Source of the DNA: Promethearchaeota archaeon
Lineage (GTDB): Archaea > Asgardarchaeota > Lokiarchaeia > Sigyniarchaeales > SOKP01
Assembly (NCBI GenBank): GCA_019894975.1
Contig: JAGXNO010000033.1
Location: 1 to 43,480 of the forward strand
Length of the DNA: 43,480 bases
Direction of reading: 5' to 3'
Part shown: piece after piece, positions 17,975-27,764 of the stretch
How the letters are laid out: each line of letters opens with the position of its first letter
How positions within the stretch are numbered: the stretch's first letter is position 1
Notes under the pieces: model-generated
Database searches by the model: none
Told to the model about the DNA's origin: nothing
The model's input: the letters and a program-made list of their open reading frames with translations, nothing else
Translations under genes and position numbers: made by a program

Positions 17975-18961
17975 ATGAATGAAGAAGTAACTCCAGAAAA
18001 AATTCAAAAAAGTTTTCTAGATGGGGATATAAGTAGAGAAGAAACTACTGATCTTTTAATCTCATTAATTAATGGGAGTGAGGATGCGAAAATCCGAACA
18101 GCAAGCATTAATGTATTGGAAGAAGTAGATTTTAAGGATGAAAATATTTTTAAAATACTTGAAAATCATTTAATTTCTGATGAGGATGCTAATGTTAGAG
18201 CTTCAGCAGCAAGAGTTATAATCCTTAACTTTCAAGATGAAGGATTAGAACCTTTAGAATGGACAACCAAGCATGATAAATCACCACTAGTTATAAAAGC
18301 GATTTTGGATACCTATGAGATTAAGAACATCCCAAATCATGAAGAACTCAAGAAAAATATAAATAAATTGTTAGATACTTTTGCTTTAAATTTAGGAGTT
18401 GTATCCGAAGAAGCTAGGTTTTTTTTGGATTTAGAAGCTATTTTTTCTAATGGTACGAAACAAAAAGAAATTAATCCATTAGATTATAATAAATTTAAAA
18501 CATTGAATAATTGTATGGATCAATCTCCCTGGTTGGTTATCAAAAATATGCGCGTTGAGGTTCTTAACCTTAATTTTTTCAACTGGGGTTATATAAAACA
18601 AAATGAGGAGCTTTTTAATTCCTTTTCAAGGTTGAAATATTTAGACGTTTATCTCAACAATATTAGAAAATATAATATACCTAACTTTGATCTTGTTGGT
18701 GTTCCTAAATCAATTGGTCTCTTAACATCTCTTAAGAAGTTAAAACTATCAAGAAATAATCTTCACAGCATTCCTGAATCAATAAAAAATTTACATTTGC
18801 TTTTAGAATTAGATTTAAGTCATAATCAATTTCAAGAAATTCCTCACTTTTTAAAACCCCTTACCTCACTTGAGCACTTAAATATGAAATGCAATAATAT
18901 TCTAAGCGTTCCCGAATCAATGAACAATTTTGTGAATTCTATTGTAGATTTCAGACTATAA
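17975..18961 (+). CDS. HEAT-repeat + leucine-rich-repeat protein
   Basis: N-terminal SEDAKIRTASINVL and DEDANVRASAARVI; C-terminal LRRs LKKLKLSRNNLHSIPESI, LLELDLSHNQFQEIP, LEHLNMKCNNILSVP. Confidence 0.88.
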   Translation: MNEEVTPEKIQKSFLDGDISREETTDLLISLINGSEDAKIRTASINVLEEVDFKDENIFKILENHLISDEDANVRASAARVIILNFQDEGLEPLEWTTKHDKSPLVIKAILDTYEIKNIPNHEELKKNINKLLDTFALNLGVVSEEARFFLDLEAIFSNGTKQKEINPLDYNKFKTLNNCMDQSPWLVIKNMRVEVLNLNFFNWGYIKQNEELFNSFSRLKYLDVYLNNIRKYNIPNFDLVGVPKSIGLLTSLKKLKLSRNNLHSIPESIKNLHLLLELDLSHNQFQEIPHFLKPLTSLEHLNMKCNNILSVPESMNNFVNSIVDFRL

Positions 18962-19040
18962 TAATGGGTTTTAGTAAGATATTTAAATTTTAAAATTGAG
19001 TTTACTATCAATAACAATTTTTATTTATGTAGTGTTGATA

Positions 19041-20750
19041 ATGTCAAGTCCGAAAAAAATTAAGGGTGGAGATGTTTTAGTCAAATGTCTCCTAGAAGAA
19101 AATGTTAAATATATGTTTGGCATTGTTGGGGGGCAATTATTACCAATATTTGATGCGGTTCATCGCTGGGGAAGAGAAAAAGGCATAGATACGGTAATGT
19201 TTCGACATGAGCAAGCCGCAGCACATGCAGCAGATGCATGGGCTCGGTTGACTAATACTCCCGGTGTGTGCATGGGTACAGTCGGTCCTGGTGCTCTTCA
19301 TTTAGTTCCAGGAGTGGGTGCCGCATGGGCAGATAATATCCCAGTTGTGGCAATAGTACCTCAAGTTAATATTGACGTAGAAGATAGTTTTGCTTTGCAG
19401 GGGAATTTAGATCAGATTTCTTTATTTAAACCAATTACGAAATATCAGAAAAGTGTAAGGAAAGCTGAAGAAATTCCTGATGCAGTTCAAAAAAGTTTTA
19501 GAGAAGCCACTGGTGGGCGTCCAAGACCTGTATTATTAGAAATTTATCCTGATGCTCTTGGTGAGAGAGTGAATGAATCTGAAATTCCAATTTTAAAAGC
19601 AGCACAATACAGATCTTTAACTAAACCTGCAATTCCAAAAGATTCAGTAAAGGAGGCATTAGAAATATTGTTAAACGCTAAAAAACCTTTAATTGTATCT
19701 GGGGGTGGAGTTTCTCGATCAGAAGCCTGGAATGAATTAACTGAATTTGCAGAACATTTACAAATTCCTGTGATGACCACAGTTATGGGAATTGGAACAA
19801 TGCCAAATACTTCAAAAGCGTACTTAGGATTTTCTATGTCGATTGCTAGCTACTTTGCAACCAGTCAAGCAGATGTAGTTTTAGCCCTGGGTTGCAAGTT
19901 CTCTTTCACGCTAAGATATGGGAAACCACCAGTTTGGAATAAATCACAAAAACTAATCCATGTTGATATTGATCCAACTATAATTGGTAGAAACAAACCA
20001 ATTACAATGGGTATCGTAGGTGATTGCAAGTTATTTCTAGAACAAATCCTTGAAGAAGCAAAAAAATCCCCAAAAATAGAAAATAGAGAATGGTTAGACT
20101 CTCTTACTAACAATAGAAAAAGTATAATAAAATCAAGAGCAAGCGTTGCTTCTAGTGATGAGATCCCTATAAAAGCTGAAAGAATGGTTAAAGACGTTTA
20201 TGACTTTATGGATGAAGATGCCATTCTAATTATTGATGGAGGGAACCTTGCTGTGCAGGCTTTAGAGCAGATAGATTTCTATAAACCACGAGAACCACTT
20301 TCAACTCTTCAAGCTGTTGGTATGGGTCATCTTGGAACTTCTATTCCATATGGGATTGCTGCTAAGCTGGCTAAGCCAGATAAACAGGTAATTTCAATTT
20401 CGGGTGATGGGAGCTTTATGATTAATATCCATGATTTAGAAACTGCTGTAAGACTTGGTTTAAAAAACCTTATATTCGTTGTTGGGAATAATAATGCATG
20501 GGGAATGATAAAAACTGAACAAGAATTCCGCTATCAAAAACGATATATAGATGTAGATTTTCCAGATTTTGATTATGCTAGATGTGCTGAAGGTTTTGGT
20601 TGTTATGGTGAAGTTGTAACAGATCCTAAAGAAATTACTGCCGCCCTTAATAGAGCAAAAAACTCAGGTAAACCTGCTGTACTTGATATAAAAATTAAGT
20701 ATGATGTTCCTGAATTTATGAAATTAGTGACAAGCCAAGGTGGCTTATAA
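19041..20750 (+). CDS. ThDP-dependent enzyme, acetolactate synthase / 2-hydroxyacyl-CoA lyase-like (paralog 1)
   Basis: FRHEQAAAHAADAWAR, TVGPG, ThDP motif GDGSF...NNNAWGMIK. Confidence 0.9.
   Translation: MSSPKKIKGGDVLVKCLLEENVKYMFGIVGGQLLPIFDAVHRWGREKGIDTVMFRHEQAAAHAADAWARLTNTPGVCMGTVGPGALHLVPGVGAAWADNIPVVAIVPQVNIDVEDSFALQGNLDQISLFKPITKYQKSVRKAEEIPDAVQKSFREATGGRPRPVLLEIYPDALGERVNESEIPILKAAQYRSLTKPAIPKDSVKEALEILLNAKKPLIVSGGGVSRSEAWNELTEFAEHLQIPVMTTVMGIGTMPNTSKAYLGFSMSIASYFATSQADVVLALGCKFSFTLRYGKPPVWNKSQKLIHVDIDPTIIGRNKPITMGIVGDCKLFLEQILEEAKKSPKIENREWLDSLTNNRKSIIKSRASVASSDEIPIKAERMVKDVYDFMDEDAILIIDGGNLAVQALEQIDFYKPREPLSTLQAVGMGHLGTSIPYGIAAKLAKPDKQVISISGDGSFMINIHDLETAVRLGLKNLIFVVGNNNAWGMIKTEQEFRYQKRYIDVDFPDFDYARCAEGFGCYGEVVTDPKEITAALNRAKNSGKPAVLDIKIKYDVPEFMKLVTSQGGL
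20547..20599 (+). repeat. 53-bp segment identical to 22375-22427 (ThDP paralogs 1 and 2)
   Basis: atagatgtagattttccagattttgattatgctagatgtgctgaaggttttgg read at both positions. Confidence 0.85.
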
Positions 20751-20865
20751 AGAGTTTATATTTCAAATTTTTCACTTCTTTTTATTTATTATATACTTTT
20801 TTATATATCAAAAACTAAGATTATAATCATCTATTATAATTATTTTAAATTATTAGGTGATCAAA

Positions 20866-22584
20866 ATGGGCGAACAAAAAAAAAACATTAATGGAGGAGA
20901 TGTATTAATAAAATGTCTTCTCCAAGAAAACGTTAAATATATGTTTGGCATTCCTGGTGGACAATTATTAAGTATGTATGATGCTGTTTATCGATTTGGT
21001 AGGGAGCAAGGTATAGATACCGTAATGTTTCGGCATGAACAAGCAGCAGCACATGCTGCAGATGCATGGGCAAGATTAACAAACAAACCAGGAGTATGCT
21101 TTGGGACAGTAGGACCCGGAGCAACTCATCTCGTTCCTGGTGTTGCTGCAGCGTGGGCAGATAATATACCTGTTATAGCTATTGTCCCTCAAGTTGATAT
21201 CGCTTTAGAAGATACTTTTACATTACAAGGAAATCTAGATCAAGTATCTTTATTTAAGCCAATTACAAAATACCAAACAAGTATAAGAGAGTTAAATAAA
21301 ATACCGGACGCAGTTCATAAAATATTTCGGGAAGCAACCGGAGGAAGACCACAACCTGTATTATTAGAAATATTTCCAGATGCATTGATTGAGCAGATCA
21401 ATGAAGAAGATCTTCAAATTCTCCAAATACAACAATATAGGGCATTAAATAAGCCAGCAATTTCTAAAGATGCAATTAACAAATCACTCGATTTATTATT
21501 GAATGCTAAAAGGCCTTTGATTGTGTCAGGTGGGGGTGTTTCACGTGCGGGGGGATGGGATGAATTATTAGAATTCGCAGAATTTTTACAGATTCCTGTG
21601 ATGACAACAGTTATGGGAATAGGCACGATGTCAGCGACATCTAAATGTAACCTTGGAGCCGCAATGAATAATGCAATTTTTCAAGCAACTAGTCAGGCAG
21701 ATGTAGTTTTAGCTCTCGGATGCAAATTTGGGTTCTCTATGGGTCATGGTAAATCACCAACTTGGAATAAATCCCAAAAAATGATACAGGTTGATATTGA
21801 TCCCACAATAATTGGACGTGCTAAGCCAATAGCATTAGGTATTGAAGGGGATTGCAAAATATTCCTGAAACAAATTCTTGAAGAAGCAAAGAATACTAAA
21901 AAAATTGAAGAAAGAGAGTGGACGGAGAATCTAGCTAAAAGTAGGAGGAGTGTAGTTGATTCAAAGAAAAACGTAGCTTCAAATGATGAGATACCAATAG
22001 ATCCTCAAAGAATGATTAAAGATGTATTTGAATTTATGGATGATGATGCATCATTAATTCTTGATGGAGGAAATATTGCTTTTTATGCCTTAGAGCAGAT
22101 AGATTATTATAAACCTCGTCCACCAATTTCAACACTTCAATCAATCGGAATGGGTCATCTGGGGGTATCTATACCTTACGGAATTGGAGCAAAATTGGCA
22201 AGACCGGATAAACAAACAATCGCTATTGCGGGTGATGGGGCTTTTATGATAAATATTAATGATCTAGAAACTGCGGTAAGACTTGGTTTGAAAGATTTAA
22301 TATATATTGTTGGAAATAATAATGCATGGGGGATGATTAAAGTTGGGCAACAATATGGGTATCAACAGCGTTACATAGATGTAGATTTTCCAGATTTTGA
22401 TTATGCTAGATGTGCTGAAGGTTTTGGGTGTTATGGGGAGGTTGTAACCGATCCAAATGAAATCACACCTGCTCTTAATAGAGCTAAGAACTCGGGTAAA
22501 CCAGCAGTATTAGATGTTAAAACTAAATATGCTACTCCTGATGTTCTTATGTTATTGTTTTCATTGGGCCATTATTTTAGATAA
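20866..22584 (+). CDS. ThDP-dependent enzyme, acetolactate synthase / 2-hydroxyacyl-CoA lyase-like (paralog 2)
   Basis: Same motifs as paralog 1 (RHEQ, GDGAF...NNNAWGMIK); ATG 5 nt after GGTGA. Confidence 0.9.
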   Translation: MGEQKKNINGGDVLIKCLLQENVKYMFGIPGGQLLSMYDAVYRFGREQGIDTVMFRHEQAAAHAADAWARLTNKPGVCFGTVGPGATHLVPGVAAAWADNIPVIAIVPQVDIALEDTFTLQGNLDQVSLFKPITKYQTSIRELNKIPDAVHKIFREATGGRPQPVLLEIFPDALIEQINEEDLQILQIQQYRALNKPAISKDAINKSLDLLLNAKRPLIVSGGGVSRAGGWDELLEFAEFLQIPVMTTVMGIGTMSATSKCNLGAAMNNAIFQATSQADVVLALGCKFGFSMGHGKSPTWNKSQKMIQVDIDPTIIGRAKPIALGIEGDCKIFLKQILEEAKNTKKIEEREWTENLAKSRRSVVDSKKNVASNDEIPIDPQRMIKDVFEFMDDDASLILDGGNIAFYALEQIDYYKPRPPISTLQSIGMGHLGVSIPYGIGAKLARPDKQTIAIAGDGAFMININDLETAVRLGLKDLIYIVGNNNAWGMIKVGQQYGYQQRYIDVDFPDFDYARCAEGFGCYGEVVTDPNEITPALNRAKNSGKPAVLDVKTKYATPDVLMLLFSLGHYFR

Positions 22585-22647
22585 ATATTTAAAAACTAGC
22601 AACAAAATTAACAATTATTACCTAAATTTAGAAATACGGTGAAAAAT

Positions 22648-24360
22648 TTGGCAGAAGAAAAAAAAATGATTAATGGTGGAGACGTTTTGGTTAAATGTCT
22701 TCTCCAAGAAAATGTGAAATATATGTTTGGCATTCCAGGTGGTCAGTTTCTCAATATGTATGATGCAATATATAAATGGGGTAAAGAAAGTGGTATAGAA
22801 ACCATACTATTTAGGCATGAAGCTTCTGCTGCACATGCTGCTGATGCATGGGCGAGAGTTACAAATACTCCTGGTATATGCTTTGGAACTGTAGGTCCTG
22901 GCGCTTTGAATTTAATAGCAGGTGTAGGTGCTGCGTGGGCAGATAATATCCCCGTCATTGCTATCGTACCCCAAGTCAATTCAAAATTTCAAGATTCTTT
23001 CACTTTACAGGGAAATTTAGATCAAATTACAATGTATAAACCGATCACTAAATATCAAAAAAGCATTCGCAAATTAGAGGAAATACCTGATGCTGTCCAA
23101 AAGGTATTTAGAGCTGCTATGGGAGGACGGCCTCAACCGGTACTACTGGAAATTTTTGAAGACGCTTTTCTTGATGATATAGAAGAAAATAAACTGGAAA
23201 TTCTTGACGTTAAGAGGTATCGAGCTCTGGAAAATCCAAGTATTAGCCAAGATATAGTCAAAAAAGCAATAGAACTTTTAACAACAGCAGAAAAACCCCT
23301 AGTAATAGCTGGTGGTGGTGTAGCCCGAGCAGAAGCATGGAATGAATTAAAAGAATTCGTAGAATATTTACAGATTCCTGTAATTACAACTGTAATGGGT
23401 ATCGGCACAATAACAAATAAATCAAATTGCTTAATGGGAGCAGCAGTTGCGGGACCAGGCTTGAAAGCTGCACCAGAAGCTGATGTAATATTGGCTCTTG
23501 GATGCAAATTTTCATACACACTAGCTCACGGAGAAGAACCTTTTTGGAAAAATACTCAGAAACTAATCCAAGTGGATATTGATTCTTCAATAATAGGAAG
23601 AGCAAAACCACTTACACTAGGTATTGTTGGTGATGCAAAACAATTCTTACTTCAAATTGTTGAAGAAATAAAAGCTATTAAAAAAGTGGAAAAACGAGAA
23701 TGGTTGGAAGAACTTGCTACAATACGAGACAACACAAGAACCAAAATACACAAAAAAATCATGAAAGATAAAATACCTATTCTCCCTAAAAGGTTGATTA
23801 AGGAAGTATTAGAAGTCATTGATGAGGATGGAATACTTGTTTTAGATGGTGGTGATATTTCAACGAGCGCAATTGAACAAGTAGATTGGTACAAGGATAG
23901 AAAACCACTCTCAACTCTCATAGCTGTGGGTATGGGACAATTAGGTACCGCTGTACCCTATGGGATTGGAGCAAAATTAGCAAAACCAGACAAACAAGTA
24001 GTTGCCATAGCTGGTGACGGCGCCTTTTTGATAAATGTTCAAGATTTGGAAACTGCGGTAAGACTAGAATTAAAAAATCTGATTTACGTTGTAGCAAATA
24101 ATAATGCCTGGGGAATGATCAAATCAGGACAAAAACTTTTCATGGGAAAGAGATATATTGATGTCGATCTCCCCGAGTTTGATTATGCAAAATGTGCAGA
24201 AGGTTTTGGATGTTATGGTGAAGTTGTAACAGATCCTAATGAGATAAAAGGCGCCTTTGAAAGGGCAAAAAACTCAGGGAAGCCTGCGGTATTGGATGTG
24301 AAAATAGGCTTTGACACACCAGACACCACTAAGTTAATGGGTAGTATGGGGATACTTTAG
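22648..24360 (+). CDS. ThDP-dependent enzyme, acetolactate synthase / 2-hydroxyacyl-CoA lyase-like (paralog 3)
   Basis: RHEA, GDGAF...NNNAWGMIK; TTG 5 nt after GGTGA. Confidence 0.9.
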   Translation: MAEEKKMINGGDVLVKCLLQENVKYMFGIPGGQFLNMYDAIYKWGKESGIETILFRHEASAAHAADAWARVTNTPGICFGTVGPGALNLIAGVGAAWADNIPVIAIVPQVNSKFQDSFTLQGNLDQITMYKPITKYQKSIRKLEEIPDAVQKVFRAAMGGRPQPVLLEIFEDAFLDDIEENKLEILDVKRYRALENPSISQDIVKKAIELLTTAEKPLVIAGGGVARAEAWNELKEFVEYLQIPVITTVMGIGTITNKSNCLMGAAVAGPGLKAAPEADVILALGCKFSYTLAHGEEPFWKNTQKLIQVDIDSSIIGRAKPLTLGIVGDAKQFLLQIVEEIKAIKKVEKREWLEELATIRDNTRTKIHKKIMKDKIPILPKRLIKEVLEVIDEDGILVLDGGDISTSAIEQVDWYKDRKPLSTLIAVGMGQLGTAVPYGIGAKLAKPDKQVVAIAGDGAFLINVQDLETAVRLELKNLIYVVANNNAWGMIKSGQKLFMGKRYIDVDLPEFDYAKCAEGFGCYGEVVTDPNEIKGAFERAKNSGKPAVLDVKIGFDTPDTTKLMGSMGIL

Positions 24361-24401
24361 AGTATTTCTACTTTTTATTTTTAAATTAAAATTATGTAAA
24401 T

Positions 24402-25433
24402 ATGAGTTGTAATATGAAAGGAGTAATTTTTGAAGGAAAACACAAAGTTTCTCTTCGTGATGATCTAACAAAACCAGAAATGGAACAAGACGAAGTACTA
24501 ATTAATGTGAAGAAAGTTGGTATTTGCGGGACAGATGTCGGTTCTTACGAGAAAGGGGGACCCTATTTCCCTGACAAAATAATTGGTCATGAATTTTCAG
24601 GAGAAATTGTTGAAATTGGGAAAACAGTTAAGAAATTAAAGATCGGGAAAAGAGTAACTGTAAATCCTCAGAAGCCTTGTGGTGAATGTTATTATTGTTT
24701 CCATCATCAAGAAAATATGTGTAAATTGCAAAATTATGCATTAGGTACAACTGAAGATGGAGCTATGAGAAATTTCATTAATGTAAAAGCAGAAAGAGTA
24801 CATGTTTTGCCTGATAATGTATCCTATGAAAATGGAGCAATTGTTGAACCTCTATCTATTGCATTAAATGCTGTTATAGAATCAGGTTTTAAGATTGGTG
24901 AATATGCAACCGTTATGGGTGCAGGTCCAATTGGATTATTTGTGATTCAAATACTACGAGTTGCCGGAGCTAAAAAAATCTTTGTTTTAGAACCTGTTGA
25001 ATCAAAACAACAAAAAGCGCTTGAAATGGGAGCAGATAAAGCATCTGATCCAAAAAATTGGGCGAGAATAAGACGATCAACTGAGGGTTTAGGCCCTGAT
25101 CATATCTATGATTGTGTGGGACTTTCATCAACAATTAGTACTTCTCTCTCCCTCATTAAGAAAGGTGGTTGTATCACATTAATCGGTATGCACTCTAACT
25201 CCTTTGAAATTAATAATGCTTTACTTCTGACAACAAACAGTATAACACTAAAAGGTGTTTATGGCTATACTCAAGATATTTTTAAGACCGCAATTAACTT
25301 ACTAGAACAAGGTAAAATAGATGGGGGATCGATAATTTCAAGCCATATCGCAATCGAAGAGGTACCTCGAATGTTTGAAAAGTTGTCTAATCCTCCTCAT
25401 GATGAATTGAAGGTTATTGTAGATATTGAGTAA
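24402..25433 (+). CDS. Zinc-dependent alcohol dehydrogenase (MDR family)
   Basis: GICGTD, GHEFSG, structural Zn site CGECYYC...C, GAGPIG. Confidence 0.93.
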   Translation: MSCNMKGVIFEGKHKVSLRDDLTKPEMEQDEVLINVKKVGICGTDVGSYEKGGPYFPDKIIGHEFSGEIVEIGKTVKKLKIGKRVTVNPQKPCGECYYCFHHQENMCKLQNYALGTTEDGAMRNFINVKAERVHVLPDNVSYENGAIVEPLSIALNAVIESGFKIGEYATVMGAGPIGLFVIQILRVAGAKKIFVLEPVESKQQKALEMGADKASDPKNWARIRRSTEGLGPDHIYDCVGLSSTISTSLSLIKKGGCITLIGMHSNSFEINNALLLTTNSITLKGVYGYTQDIFKTAINLLEQGKIDGGSIISSHIAIEEVPRMFEKLSNPPHDELKVIVDIE

Positions 25434-25543
25434 AAGACAACTTATCCACTTTTTTATTAATTTTTTCATAAAAATATTTTAAGAATTTGAACTAATACTT
25501 ATTATAAATTCAATTTTATTATTTACCTTAGAGATATAAGATT

Positions 25544-26824
25544 ATGATAAATAAAAAAGGAGAAGTTCAATGTATTAATGATGAAATACTTGAAAAATTG
25601 AGTCTAAAACATCGGTATAATTTTCTAAACAACAATTTAATGAGTATTCTAAAACCTGAAGCTTTTAATTTTCTTAAAAAGACCCAAAAATTTTTTCTTC
25701 GGTTTGAAAAAAATAATAATATAACTCATAATGAAGATTTCTATGATTGGATTCCCGAAATAGGAAACGCAGGATTAGTTACCAGAGTAAGCAACTTTAA
25801 AGAAATAGGTTTAAATTATGAACCTCATGGGATGATAGCAGAATTTATGAGATGTCTTGCTACTGATTTTTTCGACCCTCAATTTGCTATGGGGGTTGGA
25901 GCCAATGTTCTATGTGTTAATCCTTTAATGTTTCATCATGGAGACGTCGATGAACGATTAAAAGCCCTTAAAGATTTGGTTACTGGACAAAAGATTGGAT
26001 GTATTTGCATTACAGAACCAGAAAGAGGTTCCGATGCTGTACATATGCAAACCACTTGTAAAGAGAATGAGGATGGTAGCTATATTTTGAATGGTGAAAA
26101 AATATACCAAACTAATGGTGTTAAAGCAGATTTAGCGATAGTATATGCTGTTGCAGAACAAAATAATGGGAATACAATGGCTCAATTGTTAGTAGATACA
26201 ACATGGGACGGTTGGAATGTAGAAAGATTAAATATTCCCTGGACGCCTCGAGTTTTCATAGGTAAAGAGACGTTTACTAATTTGAAAGTTCCAAAAGAGT
26301 ATATATTGGGCAAAGTCGGACGAGGAAGAGAGCACCTATTTGAAGGTTTAAATCTGGAAAGGTTAGGAATAGTTCTCCTTAACATTTCAGAAGCCTGGAA
26401 TGCAATTTCTCATGCAACAATATATGCGAACATGAGAAAACAATTTGATCAAGAAATATTAAAATATCAAGGAGTAGGCTTTCCTTTAGCAGATATGTGG
26501 GCTAAAACTATGAGTTTAACTTTAGCAGCATTGCACATTTGTCAAATTATAGATGAAAAAATGGAACAATTTGGGACTCTTCCCCAGAATTTTAATCTAG
26601 CTCTTGTTGCAACTGCTTCTCAATTGAAATCTCAGAGTGCTGAATTAACTGAACGTGTATGTTTTGGATGTGCTGATCTAATGGGTGGAGCAGGTTTGTG
26701 TGACAACACACTAATGAGTGATTTATTAGGAATTTCAAGAATTCATCGAGTTGGTGGAGGAACATCCCAAATACAAAAGTATATTATGAGTCTTGCCCTA
26801 CGGCAATTGTTTAAGATGCTTTAA
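25544..26824 (+). CDS. Acyl-CoA dehydrogenase family protein
   Basis: CITEPERGSD, LNGEKIYQTNG, GLNLERL, RKQFDQEI, GGAG, VGGGTSQIQ. Confidence 0.9.
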   Translation: MINKKGEVQCINDEILEKLSLKHRYNFLNNNLMSILKPEAFNFLKKTQKFFLRFEKNNNITHNEDFYDWIPEIGNAGLVTRVSNFKEIGLNYEPHGMIAEFMRCLATDFFDPQFAMGVGANVLCVNPLMFHHGDVDERLKALKDLVTGQKIGCICITEPERGSDAVHMQTTCKENEDGSYILNGEKIYQTNGVKADLAIVYAVAEQNNGNTMAQLLVDTTWDGWNVERLNIPWTPRVFIGKETFTNLKVPKEYILGKVGRGREHLFEGLNLERLGIVLLNISEAWNAISHATIYANMRKQFDQEILKYQGVGFPLADMWAKTMSLTLAALHICQIIDEKMEQFGTLPQNFNLALVATASQLKSQSAELTERVCFGCADLMGGAGLCDNTLMSDLLGISRIHRVGGGTSQIQKYIMSLALRQLFKML

Positions 26825-26846
26825 TTTATAATTGGGTGGAGTTTGT

Positions 26847-27668
26847 ATGAAAATTGAAGATTTAAGTGAAATTATATATGAAAAAGAAGAAAATGGAATA
26901 TGTACCATTACTCTTAATATTCCAAAGAGGAGAAATGCGTTATCCTTTGTTACATTTTTAGAACTTTGGACTGCGATTGACGATATGGAAAAAGATAAGA
27001 ATGCTAAGGTACTCATAATAACTGGTTGTAAGGAAGCTAACGCTTTTTCTTCGGGGGGTTATTTTAATATGAAATATGTTACATCTATTCCTCCAGAAAT
27101 TATGGAAGAAGTCGATCTAATGGATATCGCTCAGAAAAGATTATGTATGAAACTTTGGAATTTTAATAAACCTGTTATTGCTGCTATCAATGGATTAGCT
27201 GTTGGTGTGGGGATTACAATGCCTTTAGTTGGTGCTGATTTAATATATATATCAGAAGATGCATGGCTAGGGTTTTATTTCGTAAAACGCGCAGTGATAC
27301 CTGAATTTAGCTCTTCATTTGTACTTCCATTCTTAATAGGCTTTCACAAAGCAAAGGAAATAATCTTTTTTGGTGACAAAATCCCCGCTCATGAAGCAGA
27401 GCGGCTTGGATTAGTAAATAAGGTATTAGCTCCTGATGATTTAATGTCTTATGCAAGAGAACAAGCTTTCCGTTTAATTCCCCCCAAAGCTCCCTCCCTC
27501 TCTCTCAATCGAACGAAAAGAGTAATGCATGATTATTTCAAAGATGTTATATCAAAAACATTAGATTTAGAAAATGAAGCACTTAGAGCGTCGTTTGAAA
27601 CTAGTGATTTTAGAGCAGCCACAAAATCTCTTATTACCAAGAAAGAACCTGTATTTAAAGGGAAGTAA
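26847..27668 (+). CDS. Enoyl-CoA hydratase/isomerase (crotonase) family protein
   Basis: ITLNIPKRRNAL, AFSSGG, KPVIAAINGLAVGVG, IPE, AERLGLVNKV, PVFKGK. Confidence 0.9.
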   Translation: MKIEDLSEIIYEKEENGICTITLNIPKRRNALSFVTFLELWTAIDDMEKDKNAKVLIITGCKEANAFSSGGYFNMKYVTSIPPEIMEEVDLMDIAQKRLCMKLWNFNKPVIAAINGLAVGVGITMPLVGADLIYISEDAWLGFYFVKRAVIPEFSSSFVLPFLIGFHKAKEIIFFGDKIPAHEAERLGLVNKVLAPDDLMSYAREQAFRLIPPKAPSLSLNRTKRVMHDYFKDVISKTLDLENEALRASFETSDFRAATKSLITKKEPVFKGK

Positions 27669-27764
27669 TTCAAAAAATTATGAGGATTTCAACAAAATTC
27701 TTATTAACTATGTTTTATATTAATACTTTTATTTCAATTAATAATTTAGTTTAACTAATTTGAT

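Noticed and set aside
19041-24360. Assigning ilvB, or treating the triplication as an assembly artefact
   Set aside because: No regulatory subunit or ilv context is present, and the copies differ extensively at protein and synonymous level.
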